Below, piece after piece: positions 35,893-49,955 of a stretch of 64,000 nt of DNA (the first letter of the stretch is position 1; every line of letters begins with the position of its first letter). Under the pieces are notes generated by a model. The model was not told where the DNA came from. It did no database searches and saw only the letters and a list, made by a program, of their open reading frames with translations. The DNA is from Utricularia gibba. Its lineage: Eukaryota > Plantae > Magnoliophyta. The position numbers and the translations under genes were made by a program. The stretch is taken from assembly GCA_002189035.1 (NCBI GenBank), contig CM007989.1, positions 992,001-1,056,000 of the forward strand. The letters run 5' to 3'.

Positions 35893-38800
35893 CTAGCTGA
35901 TAGGGTCCTGCTGCAGAGCTTTCTGCACCAGCCCAGCTTGTTCTTTGACATGAACTGTGAAAAAGCCGGTGGCAGTGGCTGCAGATGGGCCACGGCCGAC
36001 GTATTTGATGTCGTCGACAAAGCCTCTCCCCACTGCCTTCATTGCAGTGCCAAGACGGGGTGCAATGTAGCTGTATGCGCCCATGTTCATGGGTTCCTCT
36101 TGGCACCAAACGACCTCTCCATCTGAAGCATTCACAACACAAGTTGAAATCAGGGGCAAGAGATCGATTTTGTAAGATTTGAGGCATAGGAATCAGGATG
36201 ATACGGACTTGGATATCGCTTCAATTCACGTTGGATGAGATCGTAGGGGAAGGGACAGAGCTGCTCGACCCTGCATATTGCAATGTCCTTCGCATCAACC
36301 TTTTTCCTCTCCTCATCGAGTTCATAGTAAACCTGCAACGAAATGTAAGATCGAATGTGCTTGAAAATGGATGTTCAGGTAAAGATTTAGCATTTCTGAC
36401 CTTCCCAGAGCACAAAATGAGACGTCTAACACCTTCTTCACGGTCTGAAGGGAAATTTTGGTCCTTTATGAGACGTTTGAATCTTGTTCCTTGTTTGTCA
36501 AAACCAGGATGGCCCTGAACGTCATCAAACTCCGATAGATTGGATTTGCAATCCTTGTGCCTTAGAAGGTTCTTTGGTGCCATGACGATCAGTGGTTTAC
36601 GAAACTCCCTATGAATCTGACCAACACACAACAAAAATTGATGAAACTGAAAATGAGCATTCTCAAAATTTTATAGCTTGAACAAGATAAACAACTTACT
36701 TGGCGCCTGAGAACATGGAAGTAATTGGCTGGAGTCGTTACATTCACCACCTGCCAGTTGCATTCCTGAATCTGTTTTCTAAGTGTAGGATCCATTTCAG
36801 GAATGACATGGGGATTATCATCACTCATCTGCATTCAACATGGAAAATCTCAAAATTATGGAAGGAAAATCAACCCAAAGATCAGAACGAGAGAAGGGTG
36901 GGCACTGACTTGAAGGAATCGTTCCAAACGAGCACTTGAGTGTTCAGGTCCTTGACCATCATACCCATGAGGTAATAGGACGACCAGACCTGTTTGACGT
37001 AACCATTTGGCTTCACCACTACTCAGGAATTGATCAAACATCACCTGAGCGGTATTTGCAAAATCACCGAATTGTGCTTCCCAAACTATCAGAGAGTTGG
37101 GATTTTCCATGGAATAGCCCATCTCAAAACCCAACACAGCAAATTCTGAAAGAGAGCTGAAACGCAGCAAAATAATTATAAGTTAATGGCAGAGCATTTT
37201 GTAGAAGCAGCAGATGAAAACAAATAGCAGCATCTTGTAACAGAACAAATGAGAAAGGAGCTGTTGACTGAAACATTAAATAAGTGCCACCTTGATAGTC
37301 TATAAAAATAAATCTTAGTACCTGTTGCTCACAGTAAACATCTCTTCATTTTGATTAATCATAACATGATCAAGAGGGCAATACTGTTGACCAGTTTCCT
37401 GATCATGAACAACTGAATGCCTGTGGCTGAAAGTGCCGCGTTCAACATCCTGCCCACTCAATCTGACATGATTACCCTCTACTAGAAGAGTTGCAAAAGC
37501 CAGAGCTTCTCCCACTGCCCAATCAATCCCATCACCACTCTCAATCATCTTAGCACGGTCTTCAAAAATCCTCTTCACAGCTCTGTGAGCTTTGAAGTTT
37601 TCAGGAAGAGTTGTGATAGCCTTCCCAACATTCTTCAAAATCTCAGGTTTGACTCTGCAAAATGTGAGGTGCTTTACAGCATCCATAAAGCGACGGACTG
37701 TAAATCAGACATGAAAGAAAAAAAAAGGTGATTACCCAGTGTGGCGGATTCGTGAAAGCTGCTCAGGAGATTTGAAACCAGTCCAATATGCCGAGAGCCA
37801 ATCTCTTCTTGACGTAACATAGTCCTTGCTTGCTAAAAATTCTTCATTGAGAATCGTCATGACTTTGTTATTCAAATGATCAATGTCTTCTGTGGTAACC
37901 TGACCAGATTCTAAAAGTTTGTCCTGGTAAAGGGCAAGTGCGGAGGGATGGTTCTTTATAATCTGCAGAAGTCAATCAATTCAAGCTTTACATGCGTGAC
38001 CGTCAAGGATGGGCAATAAAACAACCAATCCAGGAGTTTCTCGTACATGGTAGCTTATATTATTCTAGGAATAAAAAAAAAAGTAAACAAGCATAGAGAG
38101 AACATAGACCTGATACATCTTGGGCTGGGTAAATGACGGCTCATCAATTTCATTGTGACCAAAACGCCGGTAGCACACAATGTCGACCACAACATCTGTA
38201 TGGAATGTCTGACGCCACTCAGCTGCAAGTTCACAGGCATGGACAACTGCTTCTACATCATCACCATTGACATGGAATATAGGGGTACTTAAAGCTTTAG
38301 CAACATCAGTACAATATTCTGAAGATCTTCCTGATCTAGGATCAGTAGTAAAAGCCACTTGATTGTTCACAACAATGTGAATGGTACCGCCAGTAGTATA
38401 GTTTGGAAGAGCACTAAGATGCAACGTCTCATATACAACACCCTGTCCAGCAAAGCTACCATCACCATGAATAAGAACACTCATGTTTTTCGTTCTATCG
38501 ATATCATTGGAATAATACTGTTTGGCCCTGGTTTTCCCAACAACAACAGGATCAACAGCTTCTAAGTGACTAGGGTTTGCAACCAATGACAAGTGAATTC
38601 TCTTACCTCCCCTGGTTGGTCTATCATACGAGGTCCCTAAATGGTATTTAACATCTCCAGTTCCAGTGTAAAGACCAACCTCATCAACGGGTTTTGTACC
38701 ACCACTGAACTCACTAAATATCTGTCGAAGAGGTTTACGTACAACATTACCCAGAACGTTAAGCCTTCCCCTGTGAGACATGCCAATAACTATGGTCTCC

Positions 38801-39656
38801 ACACCAAGGTCCGCGGATCTGTCAAACATCTCCTTCATGCCAGGTATCAAAGTTTCACAACCTTCAAGCCCAAACCTCTTGGCTGCAGTCCATTTGGCTG
38901 CTAAGAAGTTCTCAAACTGTGTACTCCAAATAAGACGGTCAAGGATCACCTCACGGCGCTGCCTATTGTACCCAGTAGGCGTTGGAGTCTCAATTTTATC
39001 CCTCAGCCAGTTACACTTCTCACGATCGGCTATATGCATGTACTCATAACCAATACTTCCACAGTAAGCCTGTTCTAGCCTCTTCAATATTGCCCTCAAG
39101 GTTTGCACAGGACGATTCTCAGATAAAAAGCCAGCCATTCTCCAAACACCAATGAAGAACTCTCTATCAAGATCAGCTTCTGTAAAACCATAAAGAGCAG
39201 GATCTAAATCATCAGGAATTGGCCTCGTTTCCAAGCTTAATGGATCCAGGTTGGCTTTCAAGTGACCATAAACCTGATAAGCCCTGACAAGCAACAGCAG
39301 CCGCATACTCTCTTGGATAGTTTGTCCAGATATCCCAGGGGATGTAGATGCCTGACCAACAAAGTTTCTAAAAAAATTATCCCACGACTCATCAACGCTA
39401 TCTGGATCCTCTTCCCATGCTCTCTGCAGCTCCTCAAGATAAACACTGCTAGTTCCATCTAAGAAACTATCTGTCAATCTTGAAAGGGGACAGGACGAGG
39501 AGCGGGGGCAGCTTGTGCCCTGGACAGAGATGAAGCATGGAAGCACCTGCCTGCAGCAAGGAACCCTCTAGGCCTCGTCACATATGAACTACTCCTTGCT
39601 AGACTCCTCCTAACAGCAAGCTTTGCAACACTAGATCCAGCTCTGAACCAAGCCAT
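35893..39656 (-). CDS. Mitochondrial 2-oxoglutarate dehydrogenase E1 component, multi-exon, with an apparent 1-nt frameshift at 39486-39489
   Basis: The translation is [86 protein letters not shown]. The presequence and the enzyme body are in different frames. Confidence 0.93.
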
Positions 39657-40367
39657 CCCTACCCACCAATCACAAGAACTCGACGTAAAATAATTCAGTA
39701 CTGGCTCCTTCACCAGCCAGATTCAACAACCGTAATCTCTCATCCCCCTCGATCTGCCCAACCTAGACACAAAAATAACAAACACAGACAAATAATCAGA
39801 AGAAACGCCCAAAAAAGGAATCGAATAGTACATCACATTTAGCAACAAAAAAACCCCTAAATTCACACCAAGAAAACGCAACAGAAGACCCTATAGCAGA
39901 ATCCACACACCAAAACCCACTAATTATCAAACAAAAAACATCAGAACGCGAGTCTCCGTACCTTGGAAAAACGCCGGAGATGATGAATAAGAGGAACCTT
40001 TCTCCTTTTTGACCGGAACGCCGTTTAGCTTCTAGACCAAAAACTTTTAGTACAGCGTTACCCTTATACAGATTTGCTAATTAAGGAATTTTTTTTGTAA
40101 ACATTTCTTACTAAATGATACAAAAAAAATATGGAATATTCTTAAAAAAAAAAAGAAGCTTCTTCAGTTCTTCTTAATGGTTTTTACGTGGGAATAATGT
40201 TATATTATACGGAAATTCAAATAAAATTTAGAAAGAAATAATTTTTAAATGAGGAAATTAACAATTAATTTAGAAATTATTTTCATATTCTTATATTTGC
40301 CGTTAGATAAAAATACAAAATAAAATACAAACTTATGAATCAGGCTGGCGCAACGTCGGATTAGCTG

Positions 40368-43101
40368 CTACTGCGGAGATCTACTCACCGTCCGGTCGTT
40401 GATCGACCCGACTTCCTCGCAAACCCGATCCAAAATCGTGAGGAAGTCTCTAACAACCATGAAGATTCTCAGAGGATGAGCCTCCTCCTTCGCTGAGTCG
40501 CCATGGAAATATTCGGTTATCTCCTTCACCATGGACATTGCAAGCGTTTCCTGTGCTTGAATCTTTGAAATTTCTTCTTCTGCCCTCGCTGTGAAGCTCT
40601 GTGTCGACTGAATGAACCTGTGGCTTGCAGTTCTTTCAAGTGATCCGAACTCCCTCAATGTTTTGAGTCCCTGGGAGAGCTTTGAAACCTCGCGACTCAA
40701 GGCGTCTGCATCCATCACAGCTGCTTTTCTGACGCTTGAGAGCTCTAGGCTCAGAGTGGACACGACTTGGAGTCCTAGTTTTTGACATTTGGCTGGGGTG
40801 GCTGCGCCGGCGCCTTCACTTCGTATGATCTCTTGGACAACGAAGTGCAGAAGGGTTGTCTTTCCGTCGGCTCCTTTGACATCGACAAGTTTGAGGAGAG
40901 TGTCGAGTTTGAAGGCTTGAGCGTCGCCCCTGTTTGTTCCCACATTCATTCGGTTTCCTGTCTTCAGCACAGCATCAAGGAGCTTGAGGAACATCCTGCT
41001 ACTCCTCAGTGCTTCACAAGCTGCCTGTGAGCAAGAACAAAAGCTTGTAATGGATCAGATAATGAGGACCAAATGCTGCTATTTCAATTGATCTGGAACT
41101 GAGTAGGGGTACCTCCAGAGCCGCAAATGATTTCTTGAGGTACTCAACCTCAGAGTCGAAGTTCGATATGTAGAGAAGAATCTCTATTCTCTTGAACGCA
41201 AATGGAATGCTAACAACTGCCTTGAGGAATGTCTCAGCAGCTCCAAGTTTCGACAGGGAATCGTCGCCGTATTCTTTTAGCTTTTGTTCCTCTTCGTTTG
41301 TGGGAGCCATTTTCAGTAAACTCTCGAGAAGGTCAGCTCCGAGAACCTCTGTGTTTCCTGTGTTGAAAGGATGGAAGTTTTTTACTAAAACCCATGTCCG
41401 GAAAACTAAAGAACAAAGAAAGAATCGTGATAAAACCTTCGAGGAGGCCTTCACAAACTTCATCTACAGTAACATGAAGAGCCTTTAGCAGAATAGCTAT
41501 ATTCTGTGACTTTTTGGGATCCAGTACTCTGTCAGCATTACTATCTCTGTTTGGTGAAGGAAGAACTTGCCATCTTGTCGCTTCTTTTGGCCTCTGTTTC
41601 GGTGTGCTGACAACGAACAGAGTCTGCATCATCTCCTCATCCAATCTGTGAAAACAGAGAATCATGTAACTATTTGGAGACACAAAAATGGGAGCAAAAG
41701 ATGAGAACTTTACTTGAATGAACTGCTTTTGAGTTGATCCCACACTGTTTTTCTATCAGAACTCGCTAGAACTTTGTCCCAATGTAATTGCTTAAGTTTT
41801 GGTTTTGGGTGGCTTTCTTCGTCTTCTTCTGCCTCTTCCTCTGAATTGTGAATTGGTTGTTGAAGCGCAGGCTCTGATGAAGAAATGGGTTGTTGGAATT
41901 GAATGAATGGTTTAAGGGGAGGTGTAATCTCAGGTGGGTTTAGGCATTTCGAAGGAGAGTTGTTTGGAGGGGGTGGTGGTGGCGGCGGCGGCGGAGCTGG
42001 TGGAGGTAACCGCGACGGCATGGGAATAGGAATCCTGGGAGAACATTCTTCCGGAGACCATGGTTCTGTAAAGCTGCAAATTCTCTGGTCTGCTACACTG
42101 ACGAATTTTTCGGATGGGAGAGAATCTGGTGGCAAAAGGGATTCAGATACTTCGACACTTTCTTTTGCCGCCGTGGCGCTCTCTCCCGGGGTGGATGCTT
42201 CGATGCTCTGTTCTGGGAAATTTGAAACCCATGGAGAAGATTCATGGCTTCTTCTCGAAGAACTCGGTGACGATAGCGACTGCGATTCGTGAAAATCGCC
42301 ACTCACGGTGGCCGGCGTTTGCTCTTGTCCCCTGCTGTCGAGGGCGAAATCCTCGACCGGAGATGATCCAGCGCAGTTTCCGCCATTCTCAGAGCTTTTA
42401 GGAGAGAAGAAAAAATCTTTACTACCACTCTCTATTCTCGACACCGCATCAGCAACATTCTGCCAGAAATCCTGCTGGGCTTTCAGCGGCGGCAACGGCC
42501 GGAGCTCCGGCGACCCCGTCGTATGATACTCGACCGCTGGAGAATAATTGCTGGGCCCCGGGCTACACCTCACCGCGCAAGAATTCGCCAACGTTCCTAA
42601 ATACAAAATCTCAGCGCTCGTCGGAGATGGGCTCCGAAGCTTTGGGAAGTAATGGCTCTGAGGCGTATTCTCTACAGAAGCGGTGCAATTGTCATTCGAT
42701 CTCGGGCTTTTGGATTGAGACAACGATACCTCTGCACGGTTCCCGGCGGGTCTACGTAGATGAATAAAGACGGCGAGAGAGACGACGATGAGAGCTGCAA
42801 TGACGGCGGCGATGGCCGCCGATATAAGCTTCGGAGACGCCGAGTCTTCACCCGATTGACTGGATACAGAGGAGACATTGGAGGCGAATGAAGATGGAGC
42901 AAAGGGTGGCGCAGGTGCCTGGTTCGTCGGAAAGAAGGGGTAGTTGCGGGTCTCCGAAGACGGGTACTTGGTCGGCGATGGGTACGGCGGCGCTGGCGAA
43001 TCATCTGGTATAAAGGGTTGATGAAGAACACGGCGGTGGGCCACTCCCACGGAGGTGCTGGAGAAGAAGAGAAGGAGATAAAGGTGAACAAGGGGCGGCA
43101 T
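40368..43101 (-). CDS. Class I formin (FH1-like): signal peptide, Pro-rich ectodomain, transmembrane helix, poly-Pro FH1 and FH2; 4 exons
   Basis: The protein contains HRRVLHQPF, a TM segment ([19 protein letters not shown]), a poly-Pro run, [26 protein letters not shown] and [44 protein letters not shown]. Confidence 0.93.
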
Positions 43102-44867
43102 CACGTGGAGAGGTTCCCCGTGGTCAGTAACCGCGGTGGCTCATCGGAATCGGAAGATAAACTTGTGAAAGAGTGTGTTTATTATGCATATATTTCATTT
43201 TATGTATCACATCATACGTATGTCACCAAATTAATTCACCATCTCTTCGTATTTCTGCAATAATTATATTATTATTTTTATTCAAATATTTTATTTTTTA
43301 CCACACATATATTTTTTTCAACAATTTCTTTATTCTCATAAAATAAATTTGAATAACATTCATTTTACATATTAATAGTTAAATTATCATATCAATTTAA
43401 AATTATCAATTTTTTATCTGTAATTATCAACATCTCATAAATTGTATGTTATTGAATAATTTTTAAGGTAAACATTTAATATACTTGAATCGATTTATAT
43501 TTATTTAATTTGAAATAAATAAATCATTATTACAATATACATATAAAAATGTGACCAATTTTGATGGGCGTATGAAATGGCAGCACGACAGATTCCTGAA
43601 GCGGAAAGATGTAATAAATTGAGCACCAATCCCAATCAAATCTTTCTCACATCTATTGCTTAACTTTATTCTTTTCCTTCATTAATTTATTCCTTTCTTT
43701 TTCGAATTTATTCCTCCCAAACTTTAAAATAAAAAATACATTTGGTAAATTTTTTACAATTTTTATTTTTTAAGTTGATCAACGAGGAATTGGGAATGTT
43801 GAATTTTTTCCAAAGCAAATATATTTACTAAAAAAATGTATGCAGTGTACGGATATTATTTGTAAGATACAATACTTTATATTAAAAAAAGGAAGAATTT
43901 GGTGGGAACGTGTAGGGGCCATGGTGATATTATTTGATCTCTTATGTAGAAAAATGTTCCTTTCGGAACAAATAGCATGTTGGGTTTCAACCATTTGTTC
44001 TCCCATCAACTTGCATCATTTGATTCTCTTATCTACTTATGCAGGCATAAAAACATTTAAAAAAAATGGAAAAAAACACCTTTGTTGTTTCTTGTAATGT
44101 AAAACAATTTCAGATGTATTAATTAGATCCATTAAATCTCGAATTTCAATATAATATATTGTATGGCAAGCAAAATGTTATGCAATGTAACAATTCATTC
44201 TTTTTTTCATAATATTATACGTTTGGAACACTTCATTTTTATAATTTTATATTCTTTTCTTTCGAAAAAAATGTGCCATTTAAGATTAAAGAAATTATCT
44301 CTATATAAACCGTACTTATGTCTTATACATAACCGATATGAGATTAGTTTAAGATCCCAACATCCTTCTTAATATCGGACACTTATTCTAGATTTTGTTT
44401 ACAATGTGACAATTAGAATGGAATATAGATTTTGGAATAATTTCTACTTTTAGAAAAACACCATTATATTTTATTAGATTTTGAAGGAAAAACACTTAAA
44501 ATATAACACTGAAAATAATTACATACGTCTCAGTCCCTCTCACTGTCAAAGTCTTCTTTTCCAAACCATTTACATAACTTTAAAGTTGAGGGAATTGAAT
44601 GGGGAGTGACCATGAAATAAAGCTAGGGCACATCCTTGTGCGTTGATGGGATTGGGGTTCGACCCGACCCGACCCGTGTCATGGAGGTTTTCAAGGATGT
44701 GTAGCGTATGATGATTGATTCATATTGTTATGGTTTAGAGTAGGCGTAGGGGTAGGTGTAGGCTACATCCCGCAGTAGGAACAATTGGCGTTGATGGGCA
44801 AATTGTGGGCAGGGCCACAAGTAGCTTTTGTCCAAGGGAAAGAGATGATGCAGAAGGAGACGCAGAA

Positions 44868-44922
44868 GGAGGAGGAGGAGGAGGAGGAGAGGTATTCATT
44901 TCTTGTACCCAGAGAGAGAGAG
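44868..44922. repeat. (GGA)7 and (AG)n microsatellites in a GC-richer island
   Basis: Seen directly in the sequence. Confidence 0.8.
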
Positions 44923-45954
44923 AGCTGGAGCTGGGCCTGGGCTCACATCAATTTCACTCCTCGCGCGCTGGCCCTCACTGCTATTACTGCCGACTCTCAC
45001 TGGCGAGTGGGGACTCCGGTCCGGACTCGCTAAAATACAACATTGATTAACTTCACCACCACCTCCCTCCCTTTTTTACCACTTTCCCATAAATAACAAT
45101 TTATCAGCAAAAGGGATGGTTTTAAAGGGGTAAAAGGCATGCCTTTTGTCATTTACGATAACATAAAAATCACTTTTTTTATTGGGGGGTGGTGTTCTTG
45201 TTTAGGGTCATCACATTCCCTGGTGTAAGAATGAGAAGTTACTGCATTCCAAAAACGTCAAATGCAGTACTGTTGAAAGTGCCTTTCTTTCTGGAGGAGT
45301 CACAGTCTAGTTTATATGGAGACCCATGTGTGTGTGTGTTCTCCTTTTTTCGTGTTGTAGTACTACCAAAGTTCATACAAGAATCTATGAACAGCACAGA
45401 GGAAAGCCGATTTGTACTATTAGGTTTAAGGAACACACCAATCAGGAATAATCAGAGAATCTTCGTGCACTGTTTTCCATGTGAATGGGGGCTCCAAAGG
45501 CACAAGGCCTTGTTTGGCCGATAAAACTCAAACTCCAACACATGGTTTACAGAAACAAGAATCTGAATCTGAATAAAATAAAAGGGCCACGTCAATTTGA
45601 AAATGATTGCATCAACTTGATCAAGGAGTTGTTCCTGTCCAATGTTATGTAGTAACAAGATACGCCTTGCTGTATATTCTGTTTTAAAAAAGCACCCATC
45701 TGCTCTCCACACAAAGACAAGCATTAGGAAAAGAGGACTTTGTTACATCAATTTCATTAGCAGGCATTCATTCTCCCCACGTCCTTGTACAATAAATCCT
45801 GGATGGCAAAGAACGATGATGCTGAAACTTGATTAGGTGCAATTAAAAAATAAGATGCTGACGAGCGGAAACGTGATACCTACACATGATGGTGTTAACT
45901 CGAAACTTGGTTGTCAACCCCAATATTTGATGAGAAAACAAGAACATCAGAATC

Positions 45955-47456
45955 CTATCGAAATCCTGGTACTCTTCCGATCTCCTCTGTTTTTGAGCTC
46001 TTGTGCTGCATCATAGAAAAACTTATGATAAGCATCAGGTCACTTCAGTACAAGATATTGCAGGAAACAAAAGACCTCAATTAAATGGTAGGGTCCTGTA
46101 CTTACCTTGCTCTTCTTGTGCTTATGGCTTTCAATACCGTCAGCATCTCCATCATGCTTCCTCTTCTGAAACCATGATAGTTGAATAAGGCAAATGCAGA
46201 GAAATGCGCGTTTGAGCTATGTTTTTAGAATTAGCATATATGAGGAATGCACGCAACATGTTAGATTCATTTAAGCACCTAGATAGGAAGCAAAAGTAGT
46301 TCTGAAGTTCAAAGAGCCCATAGTTGAAACATATGATGACAACAAATGGAAACAGTAAAGGTAGATGAATATCATAGAGATGAATAAGCGAATTTTGGCA
46401 CAGGAATATTTGCCTTGGAAGAATGTCTGGATGCACATTATGTACCTTGTCATGATGCCTCTTGGAATGACCGTTGCTGCCTTCATCTTTCTTCTTATCC
46501 TTATCCTCTTTGCTTCTATCCTTGTGCCGATGCTTGTGCTTCTTATGCTCCCTATCTTTGTGCTTATCTTTGTCCCTATGCTTCTTATGTTTCTTCTCTT
46601 TATCCTTAGATTCACTTTTGGATTTTCGTGATACCGTAGGAGCGCCCCTCTCAGACTGCAAAATACCAATAACCTAATAATTCCCACTGGTGTAGACTAT
46701 CGTAATTAAGGAAAGCTCAGAATTTCACATAGCAGCACAGCCAAAATTTGAATTGTTAACCACAGAACAAATAGAGGACATGAAACTCTTAAGCCCAAAT
46801 TTTACTCACAGGAGGAAGGTCAATGGGTCCAGTTTCCCTCAGATGAAAGGCGACCTTGAGAATGTCAAGGTCAAAAGGTTGTATACGTGGTTTAATGTCA
46901 CCACTCAAAGCGTTATCTTGAATAAGCTGGGACAATTGCATCCCCTCCCCTTTTCTGATTTCTATGTCCCCAACTACATTGTGAAGATAATGTGAATCGG
47001 ATATTGATGTCGGGAGTGATCTCTTGCAGAAGAAATCATGATGTGGTAACAACTTGTAATGACTGATAAGATCCACGGCACCTGTAAGCTCCCTGGGACC
47101 TAATTCCATGAAAAGAAACAGTGGAATCGATAAAAATGCAAGATTTTAACAAACACTCCGGATATCTCCAGAGATCTTAAAAGAAGGCACAAACGATCAG
47201 TAAGCACCATGAGGAGTCCATTTCACTTCCTTCCACGTCTACACACAACTTTCTTTCTACTAAATCAAGACAAATTAAACATTCACCTCACTCAATAATA
47301 TTCTGGTACTGGTTCTACTTACCTACTTTTGATTGGAAATTCTAACTCTCATCCATCTTTAAAATGATTTACAGGAATCAAACAGCATTCAGTAACCAAC
47401 GGCTCTCTGAAAAATCAATATTTACCTCTTCCAAACTTCTTATACTCCGGATCCAT
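45955..47456 (-). CDS. MED19: Mediator subunit 19, 5 coding exons
   Basis: The translation is MDPEYKKFGR/GPRELTGAVDLISHYKLLPHHDFFCKRSLP..HYLHNVVGDIEIRKGEGMQL..QPFDL, followed by a Lys/His-rich tail. Confidence 0.9.
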
Positions 47457-48151
47457 CAATCACTTTCTGACACAAAATCAGTTCATTTCTCGCAGTTATT
47501 CCACTGCAGAAAGAGCATGCGAATTCATTATCATGGAAAAACCAGACTGCTCCAAACTGAAATATCTAAACCCTAATTGAAAATTCGCATCCAAGGGAGA
47601 AAACCCAAAATCCAGAATGATTGAATCCGAAAACTTCAAGTACCACAGCTGCAAACCACACGCTTATCCCTTACTTACTCCACCCACGATAAAAGTAAAT
47701 CAAAAGGAATGACGCACTACATCAACAACTACCCGCGAAGCAACAAATTCACAGCAAAAATCCACCAAGCTCCAGTTCGCCGCACAAAAGCACAAGAGTA
47801 TTCAAGAATCACGTTGCTTGTCGCCGCGTGGAGCGCGAAGATGCAAGCAAAAGATTTCAACTTTGGAGGAACCCGAAGAAACCAGAAGCCTTTTGCGAAA
47901 TTAGGAATGATGTAATGTAGCTGAAATATATATATTTATATTTATATTATTATTTCGTTTAAATTCCAAATACTCGCAAGAGAAGAAAAGTTTCCGTATA
48001 ATTCTCTAAATACAATTTGATTAAAACTGCGACGTTATTCCTAGAATATTCGTTGCGATGGCGTCACTCAACGGCCAATTGTTGCCCTATAAAGACCCTT
48101 CGGTTTTTCCTTCATCACTATTCAGCAGCGGTCCGGCGCACGGCGGAGCCA

Positions 48152-49955
48152 ATGGCTTCACTCAGCGTCCCTCCGATGAGCTCTGTTCTCCGGTTCGTGT
48201 TAATTTTTGTTTGGTGCTTCTGTCTGGGCGACGTTGGTGCTGGCGGGGTTGGGAGGAGAGGGCCTTTGGGGAAATTTGAACAGAGAGAGTTTGATCTCTT
48301 CAAGCTCTCTCTGCAGTGGCCAGGAACATATTGCTCGAGAACACGGCGATGCTGCTCCTCAAACGGCTGTTGTCATGGGTAATATTTTTTAAAAAAATTG
48401 AGTTGGTATTTCTGAAAATTGATTGATGCCTGCTTTTCCATTTGTGTGATTTGAGGAAATGGGGTGTTATCAAGAATGGTTTTAATCTCTGTCTGTAAGT
48501 TACGTCCAGTCTGCGTAGGAATGCTGTTGAAATTTCTGATTGGTACCTTTCCCCTTTTTGTCAGTTCAAATAAGCTGCCAGGATTCACAATCCGTAAGTT
48601 TGTCTGATTTGATTTTCAATTTTTAAGGATGTTTCGGATGTGATTCCATGGAATGCAAAGCAGCTTCTTACAGTTCGTTGAATGCAGATGGGCTTTGGCC
48701 AGATTATAATGATGGGAGCTGGCCGTCATGTTGCGCTGGTAAAAGATTTGATGCGAATGAGGTGCTTCTTCTAGAATCTCATGTGAAATCCAAGATTCGA
48801 AAATAAAAAAGTTTAGCGAAACTAAGGAACAGTACTGTTATCCGTTCCTGTCTAGGTTCCGTTTGTATGTAAGTCCTCATCCTTTTAGATTGAAATCCGC
48901 AGATTTCCACATTGCAAGAAGGATTGGACAAGTATTGGCCATCTTTGAGCTGCAGCTCCCCAACAAATTGTCATGGTGGAAAAGGATTATTTTGGGAACA
49001 TGAGGTTGGTAGTTAATTCAAGTTCTAAACTCAATTGCTCATATAAATGTTACCTGGAACTAATATGCGCCTCGTTTCCTTTCATGGCTCAACCGCGAAT
49101 CGTCGGTAAAAGTGGGGTAAATCTCTTCCTTAGGGAAATCCAGATTGCTGAATCAGTTATTGATTAGTGTAAGAGGATCTAACTTTTTTTCCTGGTTTCT
49201 ATATTCTTTAGAAAAGCATGGAACCTGTGCTTCTTCAGTGACAGGGGACGAATACAGCTACTTCTTGACGACTATTAATCTGTATCTCAAATATAATGTG
49301 ACTGTAAGAAGCCACTTTGCCACCATGGTTTCCTTTCTGCAATAAAAGATTTGCTGCTCTTCTTAGGACAAACTGGGAAACTTCAATGTAAATTCATCTA
49401 TCAATTTTGTTTTGCAGGAAGTTCTGAAAGAAGCTGGATATGTGGCATCCAATAAGGAAACTTATCCTTTGGGAGGAATAGTGGAGGCTATTCAAAATGC
49501 CTTCCATGCTACTCCTGAATTACAATGCTCCTCAGGCGCAGTCCAGGAACTTCACTTGTGCTTCGACAAGAATTTTAAGGTCTTTTTCTACTCATGTATC
49601 GGAATCAGCCCGCCATTGCTTTCTTCCATTTTCCTGACTATTCGATATTCTTATAGAAAGCACTGCATAGTCGATGTTGCAGCACTAATATGCTGGATTC
49701 CCATTCATCCATTTCTTCCTCTCTAATATCTGTTTGCTTCATACAGCCTAGAGACTGTGAAGCTGCTTCTGGAAATGCATGCCCCAAATATGTGAGCCTG
49801 CCAGAATTCATCTCCTCCGGTGAGATCCCATCTTCCCACATTTGGATCTTGGGTTGGGAGTGAGATGAAATGGCTGACCAAGTGCATGTTTTCTTTGTGC
49901 AGAAGTTGTCAACGTTGAAGCCCAAGACACGGACTCAGCTTTTACCTATCGCTGA
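48152..49955 (+). CDS. RNS2: Class II RNase T2 (RNS2-like), including a 4-nt microexon at 49113-49116
   Basis: A signal peptide and [17 protein letters not shown] precede CAS I (FTIHGLWP) and CAS II (FWEHE/WE/KHGTC), then [18 protein letters not shown] and CPKYVSLP. Confidence 0.92.

Noticed and set aside
46271-46687. Several overlapping ORFs with repetitive Ile/Arg/Ser or Leu/Ser content.
   Set aside because: They are alternative-frame or antisense shadows of the low-complexity Lys/His/Asp-rich MED19 exon.
48152-49955. RNase T2 considered as an S-RNase or carnivory-type S-like RNase.
   Set aside because: The multi-intron structure and the [17 protein letters not shown] motif indicate housekeeping class II (RNS2), not class I or III.
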